Below are positions 24,062-36,700 of a DNA stretch of 64,000 nucleotides, one piece after another. Position 1 is the stretch's first letter, and the number at the start of each line of letters is the position of its first letter. Position numbers and translations under genes: made by a program. This DNA comes from Phoronis australis (lineage: Eukaryota; Animalia; Phoronida): assembly GCA_002633005.1 (NCBI GenBank), contig NMRA01000260.1:397907-461906 (forward strand), in the 5' to 3' direction. Below the pieces are notes generated by a model. It was not told where the DNA came from. It made no database searches and saw nothing but the letters and a program-made list of their open reading frames with translations.

Positions 24062-26814
24062 CTCATAATTCTCACAATTGACCTGGAATGTGTATAACAA
24101 TGCTAATAACACTGAGTACTTAATTTTTTCAGTGACATTACAAGCCTTTTACAGCAACCGTCAAGTGGAAGCTTAAGAACAATAAAGCTACTTTCATGAA
24201 ATGTACCCCTAATGAATATGGCCATGCTTTATCACTATTACATGTTGTTTCTCTGTTGTCATTGTTGTTGGGTTGTTGGCCCGAATTCTACAAGTAAAAC
24301 AGTATAGTCACTAAGATAGGTGAAAACGACACAACAGAGTCATCCCATCCTCATAGGTTTATCACCTATATAAGGTGCCCAGACTTGTGTCAAAGGTCTT
24401 AGAAGCTGTTCTTTTCTGCTCTGTGATCTGCAATAATGCTGTGACAATGACTTTTTGTTTGACGTCATGAATATATCGACCAATCAATTTTGAGTTGATA
24501 ATCAATATTCCATTGTAACTGAGCATCATGGTATCAATAAAGCAATTCCAAAATCAATAATTATGTATGGGATCTAGTCATGTCTAACTTACTCTTTCCA
24601 CAGTGTCAGGAGGAGTATCGGGGACATTTTACAGCTCCTGTTGATTATCAGCCAAGTTGTGCCTGAAGTAATGCATCTTATAACTGTGATTACTTTTGCT
24701 GCAACAATGGATTCATATAATCACTAGGAATGAGAATGTCCTGTGAGTAATAGTCCTACAGTGCTCCACTTTGGAACGCTGGAAAACTCTTCAGACAGTA
24801 CAACAGTGGGCATTGTATCCATTGTTTCATCGATGACATATGCATGTTTGCTCCTGTGTAGATTATTGGATCCACTCTGGGTTTTGTTTCAACTATTTTT
24901 GAGTTGGTTTCGGTTAGTTACTACTAGTTGGTGATGGAACTGTTTGGATTATAGACTATGGAAGTAAAGCAGTGTCAGTGTAAAAACTGTTGATGTCTTT
25001 CAGGTATGTACCAGAACTCACTGGGCCCTATTTCTCTGGTCTACTATTACTACTGTTATTGTTAGGATCCCCAACTATGCTTTGCACTTATTCCACAGTT
25101 ACAATGGTCCTAACCACAATATACGCCTTATAATTTCCCTGTTGTGATGTTCTGCCGGCCTTGTCATGTTCCCCTGGCCGATTATTAAGTTCATCATTTA
25201 TCAATCAAAAACTTGCCAATCTTCAAACATTGAGGATAAATGGTATTGAAAGGTGGAACAGACTGCCATTTATACCAGTCTCTAATAATTTTACTTGATT
25301 TTCTCAAAGCATTGTCCAATTATTCATAAGTGCCCCACCTGCAATTTGGTGCAAAGCTGTAAACATGCAGACTAATCCACTTTTTTCTTTCAGTGTTTTT
25401 TTCCTTACCATTTTATCAATGGTTCCATACCCCTAATGTGGTGCAAAGTAGCGCATTTTAGTAATAGAAACTGAATTGGCAAAGGGGGGCATTTGGCCAG
25501 TGGAACATGGAGCTGGAACAGGGCCGGGAAAATATCAAGATCGAGAAGCATTAGGACTTGAAAGGGTTGAACATTGGTGAAAATTTAACGGAGTCACAGG
25601 ATACTGGTATTGGAGGCAAAATTGTTGAGACAACCGGTGATGTTATCCAAGTTAACGAATCATGGCCTGTTGCAAGAAACTGCCTGGAGTTCATTTTTTA
25701 CTTAATTGCGAGATTTAGCTCAACTTCCAAATTTGAAACTTCCACATCCTATATGTTAGTCAAACTCAAGACAAATTTTAATATTAAAATATGTCAAAAA
25801 CTTAAGTCAAACTTAAGACCACTGTCTAATGGAATGGTCTTCAGTGAAGTTTTTTTCTTAAAATTGTCTTAAGATTTGTCTTGGCTAAGTCAGTTTTCTT
25901 CAAATGGGTCCCATATCCATAGCTTAATTAATACTGGATCTTAGCATGGAATTACGGTATGTGTGTTCTAAACTTCTGAAATTTCTTGCTTATGTCACTT
26001 TCCCAATTGCCTAAATTATAAAAGCAATTTTGAATATGCTGTAGTTCATGATTTGTAAAACATTGCATGTTACATCACATCTACCTGGAGACGGGCATCA
26101 ATGAAAGCTTCTTACTGGTTGGGATTACAATAATCACAAAGACAGAACTTTTATGACCATGACCTTCTTTTGTTTGAGAATTAGGAATGAGAGATGGGTG
26201 TCAGTGATAACCAAAAAACTGCCTGTTTGTGACGACATTTTTCCCCATAAATTTAAAACTCTGTGAGCTATAAGAACTGTCCGAAAATTGAACTTAACAA
26301 TGTTTTGAAGGCTAAAAATCGGTCAACATCGTAAAGAAAAATAACACTCATTGCAGATGCTGTTGGTAAATGCCAACCTCTACTAATCTGCCTGAGCAAC
26401 ACGATTTGACTTGTGTAGACCACCACTTACCGACGTGATCTTAATACAAAGCGATCTCACTTAACCCGTCATCATCTGTCTCCATTAGTCATCATTTTTT
26501 TCTTTGTCCCGATAACACACCCATTCATTTACATGTATAAGTCTGCGGTTAAGTCATTGTTTTTAAGCCATTGTGTATGCTCAAAAGCGGAATCTGTCCT
26601 GACGTTTCCATGCAAAATTTTTTTTGTGTATTTCGTCACCAATAGACTATGTTATCATGTACATTGGTGACAAGTATGATCGTAATGGCTTGAGTTCATA
26701 CAAAGTGACAGTGTGTGAACATTGAATGGAGTTAAGTCATTTTATTGATCCCGTTGTTTTGTAATCATAATGTGCATTTCTTTTTTCCTCTCCTGAAGTT
26801 TACTTAAAAACATA

Positions 26815-27107
26815 GGCAGATTTAGGGGAGGGGGCCTTGATTCCTGAAGTATTATCCAAGAAAAAAGCAAAGAAAAAAACCCATGGCGAAAGTGTCAAAC
26901 ATGAAAAACTGCGATTATCACAGACTCAAACTCACGTGAGTTTGAGTCTGTGATAATCAAGGAAAATGCTTGATTTTTAGAGGAAAAAACACAAAAATTT
27001 TCCCGACCTTCCCCCATTCGGTGCTATGCGCATCTAATCGGGCTTTGCACAAATGTTTTCAGACAAAATGTTGGGCCCCCCTTGTGATATCCTAGATCTG
27101 CCACTGA
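26815..27107. mobile_element. Probable MITE with GGCAGATTTAGG / CCTAGATCTGCC ends, containing a perfect 46-bp palindrome
   Basis: Short imperfect TIRs; palindrome at 26913-26958. Confidence 0.5.
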
Positions 27108-27647
27108 AAAGACCGTGATCACATAACCTATTTGGAAGAAAAATTGATGAAAAGTCAAAAATTGAACTCTACATGCTTCCAGAAATGTTATCCGTTTACT
27201 GAGTTGAATCTGTAGTTTTAAAGATTTTCTGTTAAATACACAACATTATTGATTGTGTCTTCCAGTAAAACTTAACTAAAATGCTGAATTGAGTTGAGCA
27301 CTGACAAACTGAAAAGGGCAACATTCATTGCAGGAATTCTGCCTCTATTAATTTCTCCTTTTGACATTGGAATCCCTATCAACTTTTACTGATAGACTGT
27401 TTTTTGAATTTTCACAAAATTATATCGTATTTCTCATTGATGAAGTTAATTCTTACACCACTCATTTCAGAAGTTACTTCGGCTGCATAGTCTCAACATT
27501 GAGGGTGGTGGTGTAACATACCGCATTGAAACTTTAAAGTGACAGGATTTTCACTGTGGTGATCAAAATGCTGGCTGTGTGCACACTGTACCAAGCAGAA
27601 CTTTCATCATTGCTGGTACTCACATTGGTTACAGGGGGTGAGTACCT

Positions 27648-27808
27648 TACCGTAAACTCCCGGGTTAACATCCTGGGGACTTAAACTGGGAAACCCTGAG
27701 ATAGGGCGGTGGGCGATTACCCAAGCAGTGGGCACTTAAACTGAAGATTGGCAAAAACCGGGGATGAGCGATTACCTGGTTATGGACGTTAACCTGTGAG
27801 TTTATGGT
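27648..27808. mobile_element. Shorter copy of the 23842-24061 MITE
   Basis: TACCGTAAACTCCCGGGTTAAC...CCCAAGCAGTGGGCACTTAAACTGAA...GTTAACCTGTGAGTTTATGGT. Confidence 0.7.
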
Positions 27809-28440
27809 GTATAATTACTGTAAAATCTCACTTAAGTTTAGGACGAGTGAAATTTTCTTTTGCTTTTCTTAAAAAACAAGTAAAACAAAATAGTATGTAT
27901 TGTAACTATACCAACCGGCAGTGTTTTGAGAAACTGGGCATTCCCAACAATGTTAGGAGTTTTTGAAAACTGAAACAATGTCAATGTTGACAACTATTTT
28001 TGTCCAAAATTGGTAGCATTTCATTGTAGTGTATAATTTTTTTCCTAATGTTTTGTGTGTTGTAACAATGTAATTTAGTTCATTTTCCATCTGAAAGAAC
28101 ATTCAAGTCGACTAAACTCAGATTGTGTCCAAGAAGGGAACTTTTGATTCTGAATACATAACTACGGTACTATGAAATTGGCCTCATTACTCTGATGTGA
28201 AGTTATTTCTGAGTTGGCAAAGAATTGGCAATTTGTTATTTCTGAGATTATGCATCAATGACATGCCATAACATTGTAAGCCATTATGTAGAGCCTGGTC
28301 TGGAGCAATAGCAGTTTGTCTGTTCTTTCAGTGACGACTACAAATTTGAGTAACTATAAAAATAATTTTGAGATCAGTTTCGTAACAGTAATTGCTCTAA
28401 ATTAAACTTTGGTTATTATAATGGAAGACGGGCTTATAAT

Positions 28441-28959
28441 GGATTGTTCTGAAACCCCCTAGACCCTCTCGACCCCACAAACACCTCAACCCACGACCCC
28501 CTCGAACCACGACCCCCGCGACCCAGAACCCTGTCAAACCAGTCTACAAAAGCTCGACTCGATCTGAACGTAGAACAACCGCTGACTTGAAGGACCAATG
28601 AGTTGGGCCGTGAGCTCGGCTGGCTTTTCCCTGTTTTTTTTGCAATTAAGGCAGTCGATTTGGCAAGTTTGAACGCCAAAAACAGAAAAAAAAACAACGC
28701 GACCAAATCAAATCAAAGACCTACCAACCTTACTAATGTCATTCGCTGCAAAGTGCAATCGTCTCGTCTGCTCTTCTGAATTGCAGAGGGTGAGGAACCG
28801 ACGAAATTAAATTCACCAGTAAATACAGTTTGAAAAATTTTGTTAAGTAAGAAGTATTTCAACATTGTATGGAGTAAACGAAGGGGTCGTGGGTCGAGGG
28901 GGTAGTGGGTCGTGGGTCGAGGGGTGTGTGTGAGTGTCGAGAGGGTTTTAGAGCAATCC
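28441..28959. mobile_element. MITE-like element with C-rich/G-rich subterminal inverted repeats
   Basis: GGATTGTTCTGAAACCC...(CACGACCCC)n / (GGGTCGTG)n...GGGTTTTAGAGCAATCC. Confidence 0.65.
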
Positions 28960-30015
28960 GGTTTTTTGCGCCCATGGATGTATCTCTAAACACTATGCAG
29001 GTTCTTTACAAAATTTAACAAGTATATTAAATTTTATATGAAGTTGACAATGGACAACGACGACTTTCAGGCAGATCTGATTACAAAGAGTGCCTAACTA
29101 AGTCCCAATTTTATTTTTTACGTTTACCTTTTGTATCTTCAAAGGTCCTCAACGGATTTTCATAAAATTTGGAATGTGGGCATCTGTTGGTGAGATAACA
29201 CTATCCTCCCGTTTTCTGATGAATTAGAAGTATTTTGCACCACCTAGTGGCCATTTTTGCTGTTTTCAAGTCTGTTTTGTGGCGCCCGCCTCTCTATCAA
29301 CCAAACCATTCTAAAGATCAAAAACCGGAAGATCGCCGCACAAATAAAAAAGTTCATATTCAATTCAACGTTTCGTCTTTTCATTAGGCATCATCAGGAT
29401 CATATTTACAACAATTTAGGACAAGTGCCAACATACAGCTCTATGGATATTGCCTGAGCTGTATGTTGGCACTTGTTGTCCTAAATTGTTGTAAATATGA
29501 TCCTGATGATGTCTTATGAAAAGACGAAATGTTGAATTGAACATGAACTTTTTTATTTGTGCGGCGATCGTCTGGTTTTTGATCTTATTGTGGCCAAAAA
29601 TTTAATTAACATCATTCTAAAGATGATTATGAAAACAGTTGATGATGACGACTTCGACTACTGTGGCACCTCCTAGTGGCAGTTTTGTTTTGTTCCCATA
29701 GCTATAACTCTTAAACCCGCTGCAGTGTCTTTATTAAATTTAGTTAGTGTATTTATATGAAGTTAACAACGGACGACGATGGCAATTTCATTTTTCTGTT
29801 TTCCTTTGTTTCTCCGAAGTTCCTCAACAGATTTTTATGAAATTTGGTAAATAGCTTTCTATTAAAGAAACGATGGCATGTTCCCGTTTTTGGATGGATT
29901 CGACATATTTTGCATCATCTTGTCGCCATTTTTACGATACAAACAAACAACCCTAGAAGCACATCGTTCACGGTGCATTCATAGGCGCATTTCAATGCTC
30001 TACATTGCTCTTGTT
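28960..30015 (+). mobile_element. Diverged, 5'-truncated copy C of the same HINE family, with a nested foldback
   Basis: Shares CCTAGTGGC and CTCTATCAACCAAACC blocks and the 3' end AACCCTAGAAG...GGCGCATTTCAA...GCTCTTGTT with copy B. Confidence 0.7.
29314..29586. repeat. Long foldback palindrome (~128-bp arms, 14-nt loop)
   Basis: AAGATCAAAAACC...ACATACAGCTC / loop 29442-29455 / GAGCTGTATGT...GGTTTTTGATCTT. Confidence 0.9.
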
Positions 30016-30407
30016 TTAGAAAGTGGGCGGGGTTTCCTCAGAAACCTCATTACAACATTGCGGCATGTGAGTTCCCTCAGTGCATGAATCAGCTGTCACT
30101 CACTAGTGTACGGCAACCATTTTAGGTGATGATCCACCATCAAACATTAAAATTAAACTAAAAAATTGATATTTAATTCAATTATGCTTGAAAATATTTA
30201 CTGTGCGACATGAATTTTATTTGTTTTTAAGTTTGAACTGAATTAAGTTTTATTACAGTCAATCTGTTTTTTGAAGTTTTTAACTAACATGAAGTGGAAA
30301 GAATACCTTTAAATCAAAGAATCATTGTTGGATATTTTGCTGTTGATAAGCGTGTTATATTCTTGAGAAAGTTACTTGACTGTGCAGCAACACAGTCCAG
30401 TTATTCA

Positions 30408-30720
30408 ATGCACGGGAGTTACTACTCTGTGCTACTGATCTCTTATGTTTTTACATTAATAGTATGGGCACCTGCTGCAAGTTGCCAATCGACCTGCGGT
30501 GGCCATAGCAAGCATTATGGTGGAAAGCAGAGCACAACAAACTCGGGGAAAACATGCAAGAATTGGGTTGTCACAGGGTGGTATGGTGACAATGATTTTC
30601 CGTGCGATAGTTCAGTTTCTGCAGCTTTGAATTACTGCCGAGATCCAGACAAGAGTGGGACACTCTGGTGTCCTACACATGATGGCTCAAATGCATGGGA
30701 GTACTGTCCATGTGTAGATG
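30408..30720 (+). CDS. Mosaic protein exon: signal peptide + Kringle 1
   Basis: MHGSYYSVLLISYVFTLIVWAPAASC hydrophobic leader; YxGxxSTTxSGKTCxxW...NYCRDPD...WC...WEYC; donor G|GTACGT. Confidence 0.88.
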
Positions 30721-33700
30721 GTACGTATGTGTGTTTTGAAGTTGCATGCATAGTTTTAAAAAAAGTTATAGCATGTACTGGAGCTAAAACAATAACAAGT
30801 TGGTTTTATAACTTGCAATTAAATGAGAGTGTATGTATGTGTGTTGTATATTTGTTTGTATGAATGTATTGGACAGGTGTAACTCATTTACGATATAGCA
30901 CAGCATTCAGGGCCATTTATAACAGCCACCTTCAGTAACGTGATTCCTACTTCAGTTGTTCGCAGATGTCATCAACTGGATGTTGCCCTTTAGACAAAAT
31001 TTTTGGTGAAATGTATTGCATGTTTATGAATTAGAATAAACTCTGTCTTTTTGAGGAAAACAATGTCACAGCTCAATTTTGCTGAGTCACATCAGTTTTG
31101 TTATTTGGTGGAACTCTCTTGCAAGGTTATTTAAAGAGGCATAGAACTCGAAAGCTTGTCAAAAATATCTTTTAATCAATTCCCGACAGAAGTAAGATCT
31201 CGCAACGTCTTGTGAGGAAATTTCCAAAAAAAATCATAAATTTCATGATTTTGAAGACGCGCAAAGGAAAAACTGTGGTCTCCACAAAGTTTCTATTGTC
31301 TCTCACACTTATGATAAATGCACGCATGCACTCACAGTCAGTTGCTTGAAGTCGCTTGAGGTCAAAGGTGACATTTTCCATATAAGGGAAATGTACTATG
31401 TCTATGTCTTGCCGTACCAAATAAGAAGATGTGCTAAATTGTCTTGTAGGAAAAAAATCAACAAAGTGGTGAGCAGTTGACAGATCGGTTTTTTGAAATT
31501 TGAAACTAAAAGAAAATGCTTTGATATGAACAGTAATTAAAAAAATCTTTATGAAAAAACCCTACAATTTTGGTGAGCAGGTTGGATTCTGTTTTTGGGG
31601 AGAACCACTTTCAACATGCCAATTTAGTCTGTTTATCGTGTTCCAGGCCTCAGATAAGTTTGGGGTCAAAACTTTAACATGGTTGTGTAATGAATTTAGT
31701 TTGCCGAGTGATTCTGCAATCAGGTACTCAGCTACTACCTTGTTCTATGAATTGGCCTGCAAAAGAGCTCTCATTAGAAACTCGGCCCATTTCACGGCAC
31801 CTACATCATCAATAGATTTGTTCAAAAACACTGATTTATGTTTCTGTGTGTGGAGCAGGGCAATTAAGCAGACTTTTCATATTGGTGTTTTCTAGTACAA
31901 TCATAGACTAAAAGTGCAAAAGCAACTTCCGCTTTAAATTCCCATTACTTCATAGTGGTGCAGATGAATACATCCCACTGACAGTCCCTCTCATTGTTTG
32001 ATTAGGTTGAGTTCACATGAGCTTTTTGAAATTGGCCTCTTAATGGAATTCTCCCTTGTTATCAGTTGCAGCTACCAACTTCACAGTGCATATTCTTCAT
32101 CGCAGTGGCCTTGAAAATTTATGGTACATGATATGGCATCCTTGTATTTCAAGGGGTTTGCCTTTTTGATGATCCATTAGTACACCTCACTGCTCATCAT
32201 TTGAAATGGTATAATTGCATTATTATAGCAAGAAAGGTGTTAAAACGCTGTTTATACATTGTACCAGTAGGTCAAAACCTCCCATCTACATTACATGGGA
32301 CTTGTAGATGTTGCTGTACACCTGTCCACCGAACATCTGATTACTGTCTGGGGGAGGGGACAGTTTTCGTAATGGATATAATGGGAATGTGCTGCTGAGG
32401 TGAAATGCATTTTTCAGGAGAAAATTTTAGCTGCTGCATATTATAATCAGACATTCATAAGCCAACTAATTAGTAGATTGGTCGATCAAATATGCAAATA
32501 CTCAAGTATTGTTTAATTTAAAAATTTGACATAACGTATTGAGTGGTGAAGGGTTTATTATTGATACATCTTTCAGTTTGTTGATTTTCTGAATAATTGA
32601 TCACTTATGTCACTAGTAACACACAATCAGTGTGTGTTATCAATAATGATTTCACAGTTTCCCACATGGAGCAATCGATTCTTATGTTATGCAGATGGCT
32701 AATTCTCATTTTGTTTTGAGTAATAATGACATGAGCCTCCTTTTAGGTTTTAAAAACAATGCATTCTAGCTTTTTTGCCCGGCATCACGACTCACAGGCC
32801 AATTGTCTACCATGGCTGAATGAGTTCCTAAAGCAGGCACCAAATAACTGAAACTTAAAGCATCTAGTATGGTTAAGTTTTATTGTTCATCTTGATGTGC
32901 AACAAGATCCTCACCTCAACTTCCAACTTGAGGAATTCAGTTTTAGAATCCAAACAGGTTTTCGTTTATGGAATTTCAATTTATTTTAGCTGGTGTTATA
33001 TTTTAGTAATGTCATAGTTCTGCTTCACACTGTGAACTCACAACAGGTACTTTAGGCCAGACACTTGCTCTTGATAACCGGGTTTCTTGTCATCAGCAGC
33101 TCTTGTACATATTGGTATGCTGTGAAATGGGCTGAGTTGATAATAAATGAAGAAAATTGATATAAAGTGCTTTTCACACTTTCTCCTTAAAAGTCCCCAT
33201 TTTGAACCATGACCCCCAACGTGATGATAAAAGTAAGTTTTAACAGACTATAATTGAATAGATATCATTATACTAAAGCTACAACATGATATAATAATCA
33301 TATCGAGGCTGAATAGTTTTTGAGGTATGCCTGGTATGCTTATAAATGCAAACTTTGTTAAGACACAAAACACTAATTAATAGGTAGAAGCACGAAAATT
33401 GTGAGACATCCAATAGAGAAAACAGATAAAGTCTGAGTCCAATACTGGAATACGGACGAAACGTGGCTACTTTTAGTAAGTTTTATTCCAGTATTGGACT
33501 CAAATTTTATCCACTAATTAGGTAGCTTATTGCAAAAAATGAGATTTGTGTTGTTGACCATCTGCACTGTCTAATTTTGAAGAAAATCTTTGAGATGCTG
33601 AATTTTGTTTGAAAATCTGACATCTGCAATATCCCATCAGTGTTCTCTAGTGACTGTATCTATTAATAATAGTTTTTATGCCACATATGTTTAGATACAT

Positions 33701-36700
33701 GTTTTGATACGCTTCATGAAATAACAGTGTCACACTTGGCTGAGGTTGCTGCACTGAATGTAGTTAACAGTTAAAAACTTGTTTGTAGCTTGGACATTCA
33801 TTACACGTTGAAGTGAACATAACTTTACAGTTGAATTGTCCACATGGATGATTCAACTATAAAATCATATTCAACCAAACATTAATAATCACCCTGCTTC
33901 TTGTTTTCTATGTACAATTTATACGCTGTTCTTGTGGCTTTTAAATTGAGTTGCTAATTGATCTTGTGATATTTTCCAGTTGTTGACTGTGGAGATCCTG
34001 GTCAAGTAGCAAACGCAGCAAGGAGTGGTTCAGACTTTACAGAATCCAATTCTGTAACCTACAGTTGCAACTCAGGATATGCACATAGTTCAGGAACTTT
34101 AACGCGACAATGTCAATCATCTGGCTCATGGTCTGGATCACAACCATCTTGTGGTTTGTGGAATTTTTTTTGTGTGTCAGTTTCAAACATTTTGGTGCCA
34201 AATGTCTTTTAAAATTATGGTAATTATCCAGATTTAACTTTGCTGCAAATTGTGGAAACTTCACCATTTGTTGTTTTGTGACATGGAGGCTTCAGAATGT
34301 AGTATCCTAGGTGACGTCTACACATACACACTATTGTAGTAATAGACTAAAATTTTCTTGATTTTTATTTTGCTGAAGAAATTTGAAAGAAATGGAATTT
34401 CGTCTATCAGCCATATTGTGTGCTATGTAAAGAATTTCTGTACTCTGCTGATAGAGAAACAAAATTAGCTTGTCCAAAATTTTCTGAATGTTTCGTTTTT
34501 CAGTTCGTAACTGTGGAGATCCGGGTAATGTTGCCAATGCAGCTAAGAGTGGCACAGACTACACAGAGTCAAATTCTGTCACCTACACATGTAACTCTGG
34601 ATATGTACATAGTGGAGGAACCTTGTCTAGACAGTGTCAGTCATCGGGCTCGTGGTCAGGATCGCCACCTACCTGTGGTCAGTGGAACTTAATTTTTGAT
34701 GACTCTTGAAATTAGTCACTATTTTCAGATTTGTGGTGTGAAAAATAGAAGTTAGATTACGTGGACTGCATGACTGCCTGCCTTTAACTTGCAGACCATT
34801 CTGAAAACAAGATCACCTGTAATGCTATTCACCAGTTTTGAGTATATAGTACACGTTAGGTTTTTGCTGCATCTTTAAATAGCTTGGCACGAAAAGGAAT
34901 AATGAGAAACTAATGGTAAAACACTCAACGTTTTTGAATTTTATGTTTTCTAGTTTGCAACTGTGGAAATTCTGGGAACATAACCTCATGTTAGCTATGG
35001 AATAGAACTACTATAACTTGATGCTAAACATGAAAAATACTTGTCATCCTTATTGTTTAGTAAATTGATGAGATTTCACTGTTTGTATAGTGCAGATGGA
35101 TTTCAGATTTTAACTCTTATGTTGGCATGCCAGCATATGATGGAGCATTTTAAACATGTTATGAAAATTATTTTTCTTTTACATAAATGTTAATTGAAAA
35201 TGACAAGATTTCTAAGCAGGGTTTAGTATCAACAAAAATTTTTGTGATGTTTTTAGTTGCTTTGATTTTTGCAGCTCGCAATTGTGGAGATCCAGGCAAT
35301 GTGGCCAATGCTGCTAAGAGTGGCACTGACTATACAGAGTCAAAGTTTGTCACATATACATGTAACTCTGGATATGTACACAGTGGAGGAACCTTGTCAA
35401 GACAATGTCAGTCTTCGGGGTCATGGTCAGGATCGCCACCTACCTGTGGTTAGTAGTATTATGTAGTGCGCAGTTACTGAAATGTTTTAGCTGTGTTGGG
35501 ATTGCTAGATGGGTTTTTGCTGATAATGAGATGAAGTGATGGCCAGAGCTGACCTCAGTTTTACTGCAAGTAGTCACACCAATCAATGTTATTATGCTCC
35601 CAAATATACATTTCTAGCTGCATGCATACTGATGTGATCTCTGTAGTCACCTAAACCCTTGGTAGTTCTTCATGGCTTGGCAGATGTGCTCATGAAGCTG
35701 ATGTCAGATTGTAACTCCTTTCGGACAGTTCTTAGATGGCTACTGCTGTGCTTCCTTAAGTCGCACTTTGTCTCTCTGTCTAAGTAACTACTAAGTAACT
35801 CACTGGATGAAATGTGGCAGAGGAATTTGTATCAATGACTAGACAATGCTTCATACATATGAATCTTCAAGATGAGGTGACTTTTGTTGTTGCCCCCTTA
35901 GTGGCAATATTATGTTGGTGTCCTTGTTATGTCATCTGCCTCTATCTGGCAAACGATTTGAGGGATTGTCATAGAGAATATCTTCCTATTGACAAGAGCA
36001 TAGATGACAATTTTACGAAGGACCCATATACCCTCTATTAACCGTTTTAAGGTTTGTTGTTCCTTCTACTCAGTTCAGTAAAGGTTTGTCATGATATATC
36101 TGAGAGATATGTTTTTGTGATGTAAATATTTTTGACATTGATTTTCCCATCACGTGAGACCACTGCTGCACTTCTTTGCCTCATTGAAGTGATTACATTT
36201 CATGGAAAGTCTTATGTTCTGGCCATTATTGTTCTTTTACTTGGTTGGTTGAAAATGACAAAATTTTGTATAAGGAATTAGTAACAACAAAACTGTTTGG
36301 GATTTTTACCCTTATTCTTTTAGTTTTGCCCTATTGTTTTTTAACTTGATCAGCACCTTTGAAATCAGTAAATAAATGTATTTTCATTTTCCAGCTCGCA
36401 ATTGTGGAGATCCAGGCAATGTGGCCAATGCTGCTAAGAGTGGCACTGACTATACAGAGTCAAAGTCTGTCACATATACATGTAACTCTGGATATGTACA
36501 CAGTGGAGGAACCTTGTCAAGACAATGTCAGTCTTCGGGGTCATGGTCAGGATCGCCACCTACCTGTGGTTAGTAGTATTATGTAGTGCACAGTTACTGA
36601 AATGTTTTAGCTGTGTTGGGATTGCTAGATGGGTTTTTGCTGATAATGAGATGAAGTGATGGCCAGAGCTGACCTCAGTTTTACTGCAAGTAGTCACACC

